From assembly GCF_009914755.1 (NCBI RefSeq), contig NC_060931.1: DNA of 64,000 nt; one strand, 5' to 3'. Below are positions 29,513 through 45,965 of this stretch, piece after piece; positions within the stretch are counted from its first letter, which is position 1, and each line of letters starts with the position of its first letter. The stretch comes from the human T2T-CHM13v2.0 reference genome, Homo sapiens. A model generated the notes under the pieces. The model was not told the origin of the DNA and ran no database searches. It saw only the letters and a list, made by a program, of their open reading frames with translations. A program made the translations under genes and the position numbers.

Positions 29513-32500
29513 CATATCAAAGAATGTATAGATAGCTCTTTGAAACCACTACAACTTTCAAATAATCTTGAATCAACCCAATTTTCCCCATTTCCACTGC
29601 CATTACTCTGGTTCAGGCTGCTATCATCTCCAGGCTAGAACAGATTCTCCATTGTTCTCTCCCTAATCACCCTCCCCACAAATCCATTCTTCTTACCAAG
29701 GCCCACGTAATCCTTTAAAAATGTAAATCAGATTATATCATTTCCATGCTTAAAATCCTCCCTCTTGTGGCTTCTCATTTTATTTTCTTATTGTGGCCTG
29801 AAAGGCCCCACAAGATCTGGGCTGTGCTTATCATCTGACCTAATTTCTTATAATTCACTCAGCATAACGTTGCAGCAACATTAGCTTTTGTACCATTCGG
29901 TACACACACCAAGTTTATTGCACTTCACCATCATTGTCTTTGCTATTCTTTGGCTAGAATCCTCTTCCCATCCCCCTGACTTAACTTCCCAACTACCCCT
30001 TGCATTTCTCTTTCTCTTCATTCAGGTCATAGCTTAAATGTCACTTCTTCTGAGAGGCCTTTCCCAATATTACCATCTAGAGTAGACTTCCTCCACACCC
30101 TCTTCTCCTGAACCCTCTCTCTGCACCAGTTACTAAGACCTCAGTGCTGATATCAAATGGTTAGCACCAGTACAGAATTACTGGTTATTAGAATAATGAC
30201 ATATTTCTACAGTGGTTGTTAAATAACCACTTCCTCAGACCCTCCAAGAGGTCCTCCACAATACTGACCATTCTCTCTTCCCTGGAATCCTCCCTCACTT
30301 TACCATGATCTAGCAACCAAGGTATTATTTCCTGGCACAGTAGGGTCTCTAGGATTCTTCTCCCAAATAGTGTTTTGTTCAGCTGGGACTGAACTGACTG
30401 ATTGAGGCTGTGCCATACCTGGTGTTAAGGACTCTATCACCACTGTCTTCACAGCACTCCATAGGAAATCATCTTCCTACTTAATGCCACCTGCCTTCCC
30501 CTACTAGCATGTAAACTTTTAGAGGTCACAGACCTTAACTTGCTAACTACCTTCTCTCTAACTCCTAGAACAGTTTCTGGCACATAGTAAATGCTCAAAT
30601 ATTTGTAAAGGGAAGGAAAGTACAAATGAATGGCAAGGGGTTGGGGATAAAGGAGGCAGGAGGAGCAGGGATTGAAAGATGGTTTGGGAGTAGACTAGAG
30701 ATGCCACTCTCTCCTTTTCTGACCCAGTTGTCCTATGGGCCTTAAAGAACCCAAGTGGTCTTTCTTGCACAAAAATCCATGGTATTTGTTTGAAGTCACT
30801 GACTATTTGTTCTCTTTGTTCTCTTTTACCTCTTTTCACAACCAATCTTGTCCTCCTTCCTTCCCTTAACCTACTTATCTCTTTCAAATCCAAGAGCAAA
30901 GGTTTCCCATGTCAATGCACACTTTGAAATGGTCTGCTTTTTCTGGAGCTCTTGCTCTGGGCTTTTGTTTTCATTTGCTCTTTTGCCTGAAACACTGTCT
31001 TTCCATAAGCTTTTTATTCCCCATTTTAAAATACAAACGTCTTTATTGAGATATAATTTATATACAATAAACTGCACACATTTATAATATATAAATATAA
31101 TTATATGTGTTTATAATTCAATATATGTCATTATATATAAATCAATAAGTTTTGGCATATATATTCACCCATGAAAACATCACAGGCATCAAGGTAATAA
31201 ATATATCCTTTGCCTCCAAATTTCTTCATGCCTATTTGCAATCCCTCTCATACCTACGTCCACCCCACTTCCCTACAGATGTATTAGTTATCTACCATCA
31301 TGTAACAAACAAGCCTGAAATGTGTCAGCTTATAACAACAAACACTTATCACCTCTCACTTTCTGTGGGCCAGGAGTATGACTACAACTTACCTGGTGCC
31401 TCTGCCTCAGGGTCTTTCCCAAGGTCGTAGCCCAGGCATTGGCCAGGACTGTGATCTCATTTTAACAAGCCAGATGGAAGTCACCATCTCTTTGTAACCT
31501 AATTTTCAAAGTGACATATCATTTTTTCCATGTTGTATTCATTCTGTTCTCTCAAGGTGAAGGAATTACACGAGGGTATGAATACTAGTCCCCATTCTTA
31601 ACATGATCAAATCCTACCTGCTCCTTCAGGCACCTGTTTGCAATTTATTTCTACTAGTTTTTCCTGATGTCTAAATCTTGGATACCATTCTCATATGTCT
31701 CATTGCACCATGCTGCTTCTTTATTATTCCTGCCACTCTGTATTGTTAATACTTTATCACGGTACTGTTTTTCTCACTAGACCAGAAGCCTGTATAAAAA
31801 TGCCTTGCTTGTTGTTATAGCTCTAACGCCTGGTACAGCACCTAACAAAATCTAGGTGCTCAATAAATATTGTTGAATACATGAATGAATGAATGAATGT
31901 TTAAAAGTTATTACAGAATCCTCTGGAATACTTTAATGTTCCATATTTTATTTACTGTAATGCCATCAGTGTTAAATACATAACTATCTATTATTCTTTT
32001 ATTTTATGTACTACTAAAAAAGAAAAACTATAATTAATCTACAACACAATTCTAAGAAACTATTAATTATACAATAATTTCCTATTTCACACATGTTAAA
32101 ATGTGCAGACAAGAGTATGAGTCCATGCTATGTGAAGATTTTAAATGTTATGAGAAGTTATGAAGGTGTTTTAAACTTAGAATTTTTTTATCACCAGAAA
32201 TGTATAACCAAACATTTAAAAAGCAAACTTCTTTAAAAACTCAGATCTCACCTTGACTATTAGAATCCCTTTCCTTTCCTCCCTTGATCCTCATGTGCTA
32301 AGTATTTATTTGCACATGTTCAAATACTTCTTCCTAAATATATTTGGTAACAATCACATCAACCCATTCTTTTATTTTCCCACAAAAAGCCTAATTCACG
32401 GAGTAGTCAGTAAAAACTGTCAATGAATTGGTAGAAAGCCAGAGCCAAGTTTGCCAAGCTTAATTTTGTAGAAGTGCAAAAGGATTGATTGGGTAACTAT

Positions 32501-32999
32501 ACCACTTGGTGTTGTTCATCTGCAGAGGATGCTGAGCCCTGTTGGCAGTTGTTGCAATGTTCTCAAGTTTCTGAAAGTGTGAAATTCCAATGTTCTAAGA
32601 ATGCCAATAATACCATTCTGCATGAGGCAGCTATAGTAAAGCTGGAAGAAAAAAAAACCCAAAAACCCTGGGCTTTAAATACTAAATTCATGGTCACTTC
32701 CTGAAAATTCTATAGTAGCAGAAATAACATCTGTAAAATGGAGATAATTCCTGTGGGTTTGCTGTATTAAATTTTTAAAAACCTGTGAAAGCACTATGCA
32801 GATATAAAGCAATGGCAGTGCAAAGTACAAGGTACTATCCAAGTCTGGAAGTTAGTTTACAAAATGCTTTTACCTTACATTCTCTCACAAGACCCTGGAC
32901 AAGGAGATAGGATCAATACGATTATCCCCATTCATACAAAGTCATCCAATTAGGAAGTGTAGGAGCCCTAAGTTTGTATGTCTAGATATGGGCAAACCA

Positions 33000-35900
33000 A
33001 AACTGACGTGCACCTAAAAACAGAAACTGAAAGTACGAAAAGGGAAAGCTAACAGAACTATGTCACTTCACTTCAATTGTCTAAGCACACATCTCAAAAA
33101 GCTTAAAAATCCAAAGAAAGGAGAAGGATGGAAATGAAGATAAAATCAGCAATCAATGAAATAAAAAACAAACTTGAAGAGAGACTATCCATTGTATGAA
33201 GTGTCATTCAGTTATAAAAAAAGAATAAAGTCCTAATACATGCCACAACATAGATGCACCTTGAAATCATTATGCTAAGTGAAAGAAGCCAAACACAAAA
33301 GGCAGCATATTATAGGATTCCATTTACATGAAATAGCCAGAAAAGGCAAATCCATAAAGACAGAAAGCAGATTAGTAGTTGTCAGGAACTGCAGGGGAGA
33401 GGAGGATGGGGAATAACTACTTAATGCACATAGGTTTCCTTCTGAGATGGTGAAAAATATTCTGGCGCAAGATCATGGTGATGGTTGAACAATATTGTGA
33501 ACATACTTAATGCCATTGAATTGTATGTCATTGAATGGTTAAATGATGAATTTTATACTATGTGAAATTTACTACAATAAAAACTTAGGACAAAACATTC
33601 AAAAGTTGATTATTGAAAAGACTAATGAAAGATATAAAACTGTGGTAAGACTGACAGAAAGAAAATGAGAAAGAAAACAAATTCTAAATGTGAGAAATAA
33701 AGAGGATATTACCGCAGATCCTAAATATGTAACAAAAGGATATTATGAACTACTTTATTCCACTAAATCTGCAAATTTAAATGAAAAGAATGAATTGCTA
33801 AATTTATCAAAGCATACACAAGCAGAAACATTTAATTGTAATATTTCTATATTCTTTAAATAAATGTAATCTATACTTTAAAATCCCCCTTAAAGAAATC
33901 TTTAGTCCCAGGTAGCTTCATAAGTGAATTATTCCAAACACTTAAGGAAGAAAAAATGCTAAATTTTACACTAACTTTTGGAGAATAAAAAAAGAAGAAA
34001 TAACTCTCAAGTCTTTCACCAGGTGAATATAACCTTGATACTAAAACCTGACAATTAATTACAAAAAAGGGAAATTAAAATTACAGGCCAATCTTTATTA
34101 TGAACATGGACATTAATATCTTAAAATATTAGTCAAGTAAGTCCACAATTATAAAAACATAATAATATCATAATCAAGTAAGGTTTATACACCATATGGG
34201 AGTTTGGCTTGAAGTTTTAAATCAACATATAATTAACAGAATAAAGGGGAAAAATGATGATCTCAATAGATGCAGAAAAAGTATTTTAAAAATCCAACAC
34301 TCATTTACAATTAAAAACATTTTTAGTAAACTAGAAAGAGAATGCAAATTTCTTAATCAGGTGAAGAATATTTTGCCAAAGAGAAAAAGTTACAGCAATT
34401 TTCACACTCGATGAGAATTTGAAAGCTTTCCCTGGTGATTGAGAAAGGAACAAAGACATTTGTGATTATCCCTTATGCCCAATATTAAACTAAAGGTAAG
34501 AAAAAGAAAGAGGAGATGTCAAGGCTGGAAAAGAAGATCTAGAACACTCATTATTTACAGACAATGTGCTTGGTATGTAGATGATACGAAAGACTCTACA
34601 GATAAACTTTAAAATAAAAACATAAATTTACTAAGGTAGCTAGCTATAGAGTCAGTATACAGAATCATTTGTTCTTGTGTAGTAACAAACAATTAGAAAA
34701 TGAAATTTTAAGAAGATACTATCTACAAGAGCATCAGAACTGCTAAACTCTTAGGATGTAACAGAAGATGTTCAAAATCTCTACACGAAAATCTACAACT
34801 TCACTAACAGAAACTAAACATTTAAAGAGACACATATACCAACTTCAGATCTTGGAAAGGTGGCAATTTAATGATGTACATTCTCCCCGCATTGATCTAT
34901 AAGGAGCTCAATAAAATTCCAACACAAATCCTAGAAAGGTTTTGTACAAATTGGCAATCTGACTCTAAATTTAAGTGAAAATACGAAGAGTTAAGAATAT
35001 CCATAAAAAATTTTGAGGAAGAACAAATTTGGGGGATTTTAATACCAAAAATCAAGGTTTATTATAAATCTATTATAATTAAAACGCTGTGATTTTGTTG
35101 AATGACTGACAAATAATCCAACGGAACAGAACAAAAAGTCCAGATATAGGCCAGGCGCGGTGGCTTACGCCTGTAATCCCAGCACTTTGGGAAGCTAAGG
35201 CGGGTGGATCACGAGGTCAGGAGTTAGAGACCAGCCTGGCCAACATGGTGAAACCCCATCTCTACTAAAAATACAAAAATTAGCTGGGCGTGGTGGTGGG
35301 CGCCTGTAATCTCAGCTACTCAGGAGGCTGAGGCCAGAGAATCGCCTGAAACCAGAAGGCAGAGGTTGCACTGAGCCGAGATCGTGCCACTGCACTCCAG
35401 CCTGTGCAACAAGAGTGAAACTCCATCTCAAAAAAAAAAAAAAAAAGGTCCAGATGTAGACCAACACATAAATGGTTACCTTATTTATGATAAAGTGCCA
35501 CTGCAATGAGTGGGGAAAAGATTTTCTTTTCAATAAAATGATGCTGTATATATTGGATATACATATGGCCAAAATGAATCTTGATTCCTACTCACAGGAC
35601 AACCAAAAGTATATTCTGGGTGGATGAAAAATCTAAATGTGAAAAATAACTATAAATATTTTATAAGATCACAAGGAAGCATATTTCATAATTTTGGGGT
35701 ACATAAAGATTTTTAAAAGAGGATATTCAAAGCAACATTCATAAACAAAAATATTGATGTTAGATTTCATTAAAATTGCAGACTTTCTGTTCATCAACAG
35801 AAGTGATTAAGAAAAAGACTCTAAAAAATAGAATATATTTTCAATACATGTATGCACAAAGGATTCATACCTACAAATCAATAAGAAAAATAATGTCAAC

Positions 35901-36440
35901 CTAATTTCTTAAATGAACAAAATGTTAAATATTCACTGCACAAACAAGGATTCCAACTGGCCAACAACCATAAGACAAAGTGTTCAACTCCATTAGTTAT
36001 CTAAGAAATGCAAATAAAACCACAATGAGATATTCTTACATAACAATCCAAATAGTTAAAAGTTAAAGAAGGAAAACTAATATTATTAAGTGCTGGCAAA
36101 GAAATGAAGCAACTAGAACTCTCCAACATTATTCGTGAAGGAGTATGCTGCTACAACCACTTTGGAAAACTGCTTGACAGTACTTGCAAAAGCTGCACAT
36201 ATATGTGATTTATTAATCAGTAATTCCAATTCTATATAGTCAAAAGAAATGTTTACATACATGCATTAAAATACATTTTACAAGAAAATTCATTGCAGTT
36301 TATTCATAATGTACAAAAACTTGGATAAATATAAGTGTCTATCAATAGTGGAATGGATAAATTGTGAAATATTCATACAATGAAATACCACACACAGCAA
36401 ATGAAAAAGAATGAACTACTGCAGCATGCTGCAACAGAGG
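33000..36440 (+). mobile_element. Degraded L1M (ORF2 to 3'UTR) with a nested L1 3' fragment and an Alu
   Basis: A-rich ORF2 remnants (TACAGGCCAATCT, ATCTCAATAGATGCAGAAAAA, GAAATGCAAATAAAACCACAATGAGATA, CAACCACTTTGGAAAAC). Boundaries approximate. Confidence 0.8.
35149..35446 (+). mobile_element. AluS (Sg-like)
   Basis: Full-length; TSD AAA(A/G)GTCCAGAT(A/G)TA. Confidence 0.95.
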
Positions 36441-39400
36441 CTGGTAACAGCAATGGTTTACTGTTTATGTTTAACATTTATTGCTCATGCTACTTGTCCA
36501 TTGCAAGTTAGCTCTGGCTCTGCTTCTGATTATCACTAATCCAGGGTCCAGTCTGGCAGAGCAAGCTATATCTACAACATTACCAGTCTGGGGGCAAAGA
36601 GAAAAGAGACACAGTGAACTACAGTGGCTCTTAAAATTTCTATCTGAAAGTGATCTGTGTTACTTCTACCAGTATTTCATTGGCCAAACTAAGTCACATG
36701 GCCATTCCTGAGTTTAATAACACAGAGATGTATACTCAGCCCACTAAGAGTGGCACAGCAAGAAGAGAAATGGAATATATGGAAAACAGTTGTCCAGTGT
36801 ACCACAAAGGCTGATAAAGTGAGTATCTGGCTCCTGTCTTGGGCAACTTAGATACATATTTGATGTCTGTCTGGTTCCCTAGAATGGGAGACAGAGGAAT
36901 TCAGAAGCACATGATTTATTGACAGTGCCTGGTAGGAAAAGTCCTGGAAAGTAGTGAGTAAAGCAAGATAAAGATAGGGAAATGATCAAAATGTTTAAAC
37001 CTATTAATAGTAGGGCACATCTGACTTTATTATTCCCAAAATTTCTATATAGATATTTACTTTCTCTCTCTATGAATACCAGTGGGCTTTTCTAGAATTC
37101 ATTCATGAACAATTTACTTTCCATTTGCATTTTACCCACAGACAATCTTCAGATTCATGGCAGAAGCCAATTCTTTTTTTCTTTAGAGAAAATTGATAGC
37201 AGTCCACAGAATGCTCCATCTATACTTCATTTGATTTTACTTCTTGATAGAATCAATTACATTCTATGGTTTATGTGATTCACCAGTTAGCTGTCAGAAA
37301 CCACAGAACTCCTCTGGTATGCAAAGCCTGGAGCTTGATGAACACAAGTATGTGATACCTATTCATTCACCATTTCCCAAAGTCATCCCTAAAGGACTGA
37401 GCTTTTTCTGATACATCTGTTAGACAGAATATGAAACTGAATATGTTAAAAATTTTCATTACATTCTCTGCTTCTGCTTAAGAACATTCCTCTTGGTTTC
37501 CCTCAGTTGGATGACTTGCCCTTGGCTGTGCTAATATGGTCATTTACATTTCTAGTGAATCACTCTTCTAGAAAATCTCATTGCACAATAAAAATGAACT
37601 TTGGCAAAAAGTAAATGATTTGTTTTCTTGCTGTAGACAAATTTCTGCTGTATTGTGACAATGAAACATGAACACATCAATAATACTTAGTGTGCACCTA
37701 GGTCTTACTTCTGTGATGTGTAGTGAGGACACTAAATCAGGACCTTCAAGCTCTTTTCCAGCATCCTTTTGGTGAAGTGTTGTTAAATATCGGCTCATAC
37801 ATTAGAATAATGTATGGAGTTTTTATAAAATACCAGTTCCTGAACCCCAACTGGGGGGTTGGACCTCACTCTTCTAGTGTGCATACCTGCCCTGCAGAGA
37901 TAGAAACTAAAGGCTATATTCCTTCAACTGCCTTGAAGCCAGAGTATAGGATGTAATTTTGTATCTAAGTTAGCCAGGACTTGAGCAAAATTAAATTTAG
38001 AAATAACTGAGGAAAGAGGCAATATTGCAAGCATCTGTTTTGCAGGGAGGCCTGTGGCTGCAGGAGTGGCTCTGGAGCCTACAGTTCTTGTGGTTCCTTG
38101 AGCTCTGGATCTTAACTGTCACGGGTACAACTATCTACTCTGCCACCAATGATGCATAAGGTCCCCTACATCCCCGCCTCCTCATCAACACTTGGCAATA
38201 TCAAGCCTTTTAATTCTTTGCTAGTCTAATAGGTATAAAGTAATTTAAAAGTGCTGCTTCAATTGGCACGTCTCTGATTACTAGGATTCTGAGCATCTTT
38301 CATGTGTGTCATTTTTCCCCCTCTTCTGTAAATTGCTTCTTCACACCATTTGTCTGTTATTCCTTGGGGTTATTATCCCCACTTCGTTATTTTTAAGAGT
38401 TCCTAATATAGTCTACTTACTAATACCTTGTCAGTTTATCTTTGCCATGGTGTTTTTCAAGGAGTGGAAATCCTTAATTTTGATGATTCAAATTCAATCA
38501 GGTTTTTTAGTCTTAGGGTTAATGCTTTTTAAATTTTGTTTCAGAAGTTCTTCCCTACCTTTAGGTCATAAAGATACTCTCCTTTATTGCCTTCTATTAA
38601 CTAAGAGTTATCCTTCACCTTAAGATCTTTAACCCATCCAGAGTCCACCTTTCTTAGGTAGTTATCTAGAGATGTTGGATAAGATATAGTTTTGTTTCCT
38701 TAGAGTGAGACCATTCTCCCAATGCCATCTCCTAAACAAAACATCCTTTCCCTATTGACTGGTGCTGCTAACTTTATCTTATATTAATTCTGCATACATA
38801 AATATGTTGTTTTCTGAGATCTCTCTTCTGTTCAATTGGTCTATTTGTTTTTTCTTGCACAAATACTAAACTAATTTATTATTAGGCCTACCCTTGCCCT
38901 TTATTTTTTGAAGCTGACTTTGCTCTCTCATATCCATTAGAAAATTGTGACATACATCATATATACCTGAGAGTGTATAAAATACATATATCCTTCTATA
39001 GGACAGTTATAAAACAAACACCAATGTAAATCACCATCCAGGTTAAAATATAATATTACTAACAACCCAGAAGCCTCCCCTGTACCTTCCCTTGACAGCT
39101 TTCCCTGAAGCAACAAATGTCCTAACTCTTATGATAATCATCACCTTTCTGTTCTCTCTAGTTTAACCTCCTAGGTATGCATCTTCAAACAACATTGTTT
39201 GATTTTTATTTTGGAATTCCCCCACAACAAAATCATACTACATGAATTGCTTTTGTTTTCTTTAGCTCAACATTATTTGTAAAATGCATACATGTTGTTA
39301 GCATGTATCTCTAGTTGTGGGATAAATTGCTGTCCATATTTCATTGTATGAATCTACTATAATTTATTTATCCATTTCAATGTTTATAGACCTTTCATTG

Positions 39401-39582
39401 TTTTGACTTTTTAGTTTCTTTTAATATAAAGATATTTTATACTAATTCACTAACTTAATTTCCTCAATCATTATAGAATTATAATACATTCCAAGCTCTT
39501 TTCGAGTCAGTTTAAGGAACTGTAGTAGAATGTACTAACTGCCTACCAAAATCCTTCCGTTCTTGGCAAGAGGCTACCCAGC

Positions 39583-40361
<779 letters not shown>

Positions 40362-41273
40362 CCAGCTAAACTAAATTTTCCAGCTTCCTTCCAATTAGCT
40401 ATAATTGTATAACTATTCTCTTATCAATAGAATGTCAGTGGAGGTAGTTTGTGCCATTTCCAAATTGGGCCCAAAGATATTTGACGTGTTTTCTCATCCT
40501 CTCTTTCTTCTTTCCATGGCTGGAATCTGATGTGAAGGTGAGCGAATTTTGATCAGGAAGCTAATGACAATGCCCCATAGAGTGTAAGCAACTCAATGGA
40601 AAGCTCTTAGTCCCCTGAAGTATCAGAATTTTCACACTGATTTGGAATAATTATCTGAGATCTCTTATGTGAAAGAGAATATAAATGTTCTAAAAAAATT
40701 AGCAGATACTTCTATGGCATTGTCATATAACATACATTAACTCTAAATGTTATATGTATTAACTCTTTTAATATTCTTACCAATGCTAGGTAATATTATT
40801 ACCTCAATTTTAAAGATTTATTACCAGCTGAAGGTAGTAGTAACTATTATTACCTAATTTTTTTTTTAAACTGAGGCTCAGAGAAGGCCAGATTTGCACA
40901 GTTAGTAAGTGACTGAACTGGGATTCAAATCCAGAAAATTGGACTCCCAAATCTGTGCTTTTACCCACTGTGATGCACTACCTTCCAGCAATGTCTACGT
41001 CCTGTAAGCCACTATATTTGGAGTCTTCATTACAACAGCTTAGCATGACCTTAAAAATATAGAAACTTGAACCTAGATAAATACGTCGTTAGAGCAGAAC
41101 TGAGGAAACAGATTTCACACACAGGCTGCAAAAATGGGGACTCTTGTACTGTCATCACAAAATATTTTGTAAAACTCTCTCTGGCAGTAACTTGAAAGAT
41201 TGATCATTTACCCAGAGAGCAACCAGAATGTTGATGTGTGTTGGCCATTCCTTGATGCTTTTAGCAGAGGTCA

Positions 41274-41650
<377 letters not shown>

Positions 41651-44030
41651 TAGCAGGTATAAAGGAAAAAGCTACAGAGAATGTCTAGAAATATGGTGCT
41701 ATGTCCTTAACACCAGGAGGTAAGATTGTTATGGCTCACAGCCCTTCCCAATGCCTCCAAATTAGGAAAACTAGTCATGGGAGATTATATTAAAGGTGTT
41801 GCTTCTTCTTGCCCATATATTCTGATGGCCTCAAAAGAGACAGCATTTAAATGAGAGAGGGAAATGGGTCATGGTAACCAGGAAGTAAAGTTGGCTTTAA
41901 CACCATGCTCTGAAATGAAATCTGGGTGACATTGCTGGCACATGGAACCAAACAGACCCAGAAGCCTATCAAGTTTCTAAGGTATTGATATTTCAAAAGC
42001 AACCAGAAGCATGGCCTGAAAATGTCCTCAGACTCTCAGACCTATACCTGTAGGAAATGGATACTAAAATTACATGGTCTTTTCAAGACCCACTTCAGAG
42101 GTGGCCTTAAAGCATAACAGACTAGGAAGAATTTCCAAAGGGCAAAATTTGAAATCATAAAGAACATGGGGAAGTACACCATGGTCAGGACAGGGGACCA
42201 TCTCACTTCCTCTCTGGTGGAATAATAATCTCATTGCTATGCAATGTGAAAAGAAAAGAAACAACTTTTCAGTGACTATTAAGTGTATTCCCTTCTTCCT
42301 TTCTTTTCCTAAGACTGCTTATTATAGTTACTCTGATCACACTCTAGATTGTAATCTAGATGTGTTGGTGGATAATAATTTTGTTTTCTAGCCTTCCTCA
42401 TGCAGCCCTAGTGGACCTAACGTGGAGGTCAGAACATCACCTGGAGATACTGTACTTTGAAGTGGGTGCAGAAATTGGATGGGGGTTGGGGTTTTATCCC
42501 TTGGTGAGGGATGAGGGAGTCAATGTGTGAGAGAAGGGTGCAGATGGCTATTTGGTGGCCAAATGGCAGGCACAGATTGCTAATTGCTCACTAAAATTTA
42601 TTTTCTTTTTCCTTGAACATGTCTCTCCAGTCATTTGACATTACCCATTTCTTTTTTGCAATTAGTTGGGTATGGCCAGGTGGCTAGATTTTACCATTAG
42701 AAGGGAATTTGAAGTGCTGAGTACCATTGCTGGTCCTGGGCCTTAAGACATTGGGTACTTCTTTACATTCCCTCTAGTCTTTCTTCTTCCACTTTGACAG
42801 AACACAGACACAGTAGTGACCTAGATTCAACCATGCAGATAACCGCAGTCACCTAGGAATGGTTAGCAATATGAAAGAGCCACTCACTGCTCAAGATTCA
42901 CTCTCTATGCAGCCCCCTCAATGCTCCGTCCCTGGAGGCATTATGAACTCCACCAATAGCTCCCTTGCCTTCTGGCTTCTAGTTCAAAGGGTGGAATAAG
43001 TTAAGTCAGGATATCTATTCCCTCCATGCCCTCTGTGCTGAGCTGTCACAGGTTGGCTTCATCCTTCTACCAATGGCCACAGCATCTACTGGGAGAGTCT
43101 CCACTTTGTCTACCCTCTTCTTGTGCCAGTATCTGCTTCCACTCCTTATTCCTTCAAACCTAGAGATGGTAAGAGCTCCTGGCCTTCCCCTCACCCCACC
43201 TCTTCTATCCCATTGCTAGCACTGGAGTATTGTATTGTGTCTTGTTAATTTCCCTTAGTTTTCCCATCCTTACATCAATAGTCCCCTTAAAGAACTTCCC
43301 TCAATAGCCGTTCTGAGTGTGCCTTCTCTTTCCTGAAGGATTTGATGAGTGGGGTCTCTGAATGACCCCCTCAAGAGAAACTCCCCTACTAATAACTCTC
43401 ACAAGAACTGTTAGATGAGAGAGAAATAAACATCCATGATTTTTAAGCTACTATATTTCTGTTCTATGTGTTATAGTAATTTCGTCTTACCCTAATTAAT
43501 AGAGTATGATATATTTTTTCTAGAAGTTTGTCCATTTCATTAAATTTTCAAATTTGTTGGCATAAAATGATTCATTGACTCCTCTTTCCCTCTCTGTCTA
43601 TAGCATCTACATGTTTTAGTTTTCATTTCTAAAATTGGATATTTGAGCCATTATTTTTCTTCATTGTCTCATCACAGGGGTATTAGTTTTTATCAATCTT
43701 TTTAAAGAATGAACTTTTAAGGTTTGTTGAATCACTCCATTATATGTTCATTTTCTATTTCATTAATTGTACTGGTTATCGTAGCAAATTACTTTGGAAC
43801 TTAGCAGCTAAAAATAATCAGAAATGTTTATCATAACACATTCTTTCTGGGAGCAAGGTGGAAATGGTAGCGTTATTGTATGATCTGACCTTGACAATCA
43901 CACATCATCATTTCTAGAGTATCCTATTGGTTAAACAGGTCAGCCCTATTTGATGTTGTAGGGGGATATGCAAGGGCATGAATACCAGGAAGTGAGGATG
44001 TTGGGGTTCATGTTGGGATTCCGGTATTGG

Positions 44031-44745
44031 GGTTAGAGTAGGTAGTTAGGCAGACATGTGCAGGGAAGGAGAGCCTCCCCCTCCCACTGCCCACCACCAG
44101 GAATGTCAGGTGACCATGAGGTGATGGTCAGGTGGTTATTAAACTGTCTCACTAAAATAATAATTGGATGCAGCTGGCACCAGAGAAAGCCAGTCTCCCA
44201 ATAGATAGAAACTACCTGAAGCTGGTGATCAGCAGCTTCCTGATAAGATCTCAGGATCTTGGCTTGGGTGAGTGGGTCCAAGCATGCGCACTAAGAGGTA
44301 AAATGGCAGAGTTTAACTGGTATATAACCTGCCACTCGATTGGTAAGGGAAAAACACCTCAAGTGAGCATGTGAACAACTTCAGTAAACACACTGCACAT
44401 GCGGCCCCTCCCAAGTGCTGGCAGGCCACTGTGCATGTGGACAGCCTACCCCAAGGGAAGAATCAGGGGAGAAGAAATGCAAACCCCAGAATCATACCAA
44501 TGTATTAAAACCCCAAGTCAAAGGTCACATGAGGCATTTGGATCTCTTAAGTCACCCACTTGACCCTCTTCCAAGTGTACTTTACTTCCTTTCATTCCTG
44601 CTCTAAAACTTAAATAAACTCTCACTCCTGCTAAAAAACTTGCCTCAGTCTCTCACTCTGCCTTATACAAGTAAGATGAATTCTTTCCTTTGAGGAGGCA
44701 AGAATTGAGCTGTTGTAGAGCTGTACAGATTTGCCAGTGCAAAAA
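44031..44745 (+). repeat. 5' LTR (MER50-like)
   Basis: Begins (G)GTTAGAGTAGGTAGTTAGGCAGACATG and aligns by eye end to end with 54142-54844. AATAAA at 44613-44618. Terminal TG and CA are both mutated. Confidence 0.9.
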
Positions 44746-44750
44746 TACTT

Positions 44751-44768
44751 TGCTACCATGACTTGGAT
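44751..44768 (+). promoter_or_regulatory. Primer-binding site, tRNA-His type
   Basis: TGCTACCATGACTTGGAT matches 14/18 of TGGTGCCGTGACTCGGAT (complement of the tRNA-His 3' end), 5 nt after the 5' LTR. Confidence 0.8.
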
Positions 44769-45965
44769 ATATTCTCTACTGGTAAGACATCTCTATGCCT
44801 TGCCTTCTTAGGCTGGAGGCATCCAACCCCCATACCCATACATGGTTTCCTTCTCCCCTTTCATTCTCCTGCTTATTAACTAACCCCCAAAATGGTTCCT
44901 CTCAGTCACAGTAGCTCTGGTCCCCATAGCTGATCTCTCAGCTGGCCCTGATGGTGGCTCACAGGGGTGAATAAAACCTTGGAGACTGCACCAAGTAGAC
45001 CTGAGACAATAACAGCTCTCCTGGATAGGAGGCTCATGAGAGGGGTAGGGCTAAAGCCTAAGACTGTGCAATGTCTGGGGTTTCCTCTCTTTTTCCTACT
45101 AAAATTGGCTTTTTTCCTAAAACCAACACCACCTATTCTGTTTTCTCTCTGTGAATTCTGAAATGGTCTTGCGTACCCACCAGGGGGCAAGTCTGCCTTT
45201 TCCCCGCTTTCACTTTGCATGCCACACGACTTCCTACTCTGCCTTAAACACACACTCCCAGTTTGTTATTTATATGCCTGAAGCTCTTGCTGTTTGCATA
45301 GCAGCAAAGAAATGGGCTTCCTTGTGGATGTCTGTTGGCTCATTTCTAGGACAGACACTTACCAGAACCCTGACTCTGCCAGCTCCTTATGACTTACCAT
45401 ATGCATTTCGTTTATGCTATGCTCCAGGGCCAAGTTTTTTGGTGTCTTTTGATGCTGTTTATCCACTGCATAGGATCTCACTCTGTGGCTTTTTAAGGAC
45501 CCCACCTACTACCACTGCCCCCCCACCTTTTTTTTTTTTTTTTTTTGAGTAAGCAATCCTTAGGGAGGAAGGAAAATTCTTCCTTTGCCATTTGCAAACC
45601 CTTATTCTTCCAAGCCCCAAGTCCTCTGGAGATTCCTCCTTTATGTTAAGAAGGCAAAAAATGCTGCCCTTTTGAATCCAAGGGCTGCTGGTTTTGCAAG
45701 CACATGAAGGCTTTCCGTGGGAATTCTTCTTGCTTCTTCCCATTTCCTCCTGTAGCAGAGGGATTATCTTGCCTGTTGAAGCATTTGTTCTCCATGTTAC
45801 CCCGGGAGGATAAGGAACCCCAAATACAAAATTTTCCCCATTCTTCTGATCACTTCCAGATTCTTCTCAATAGGTATAAGGACCTTCAAGGCCATATTTG
45901 AAGGGAGGAAAGTCCAACCCCTTGCAGCCGTTGGCTGAGAACCAGTCTTCCCGTCTACTTAAAGC

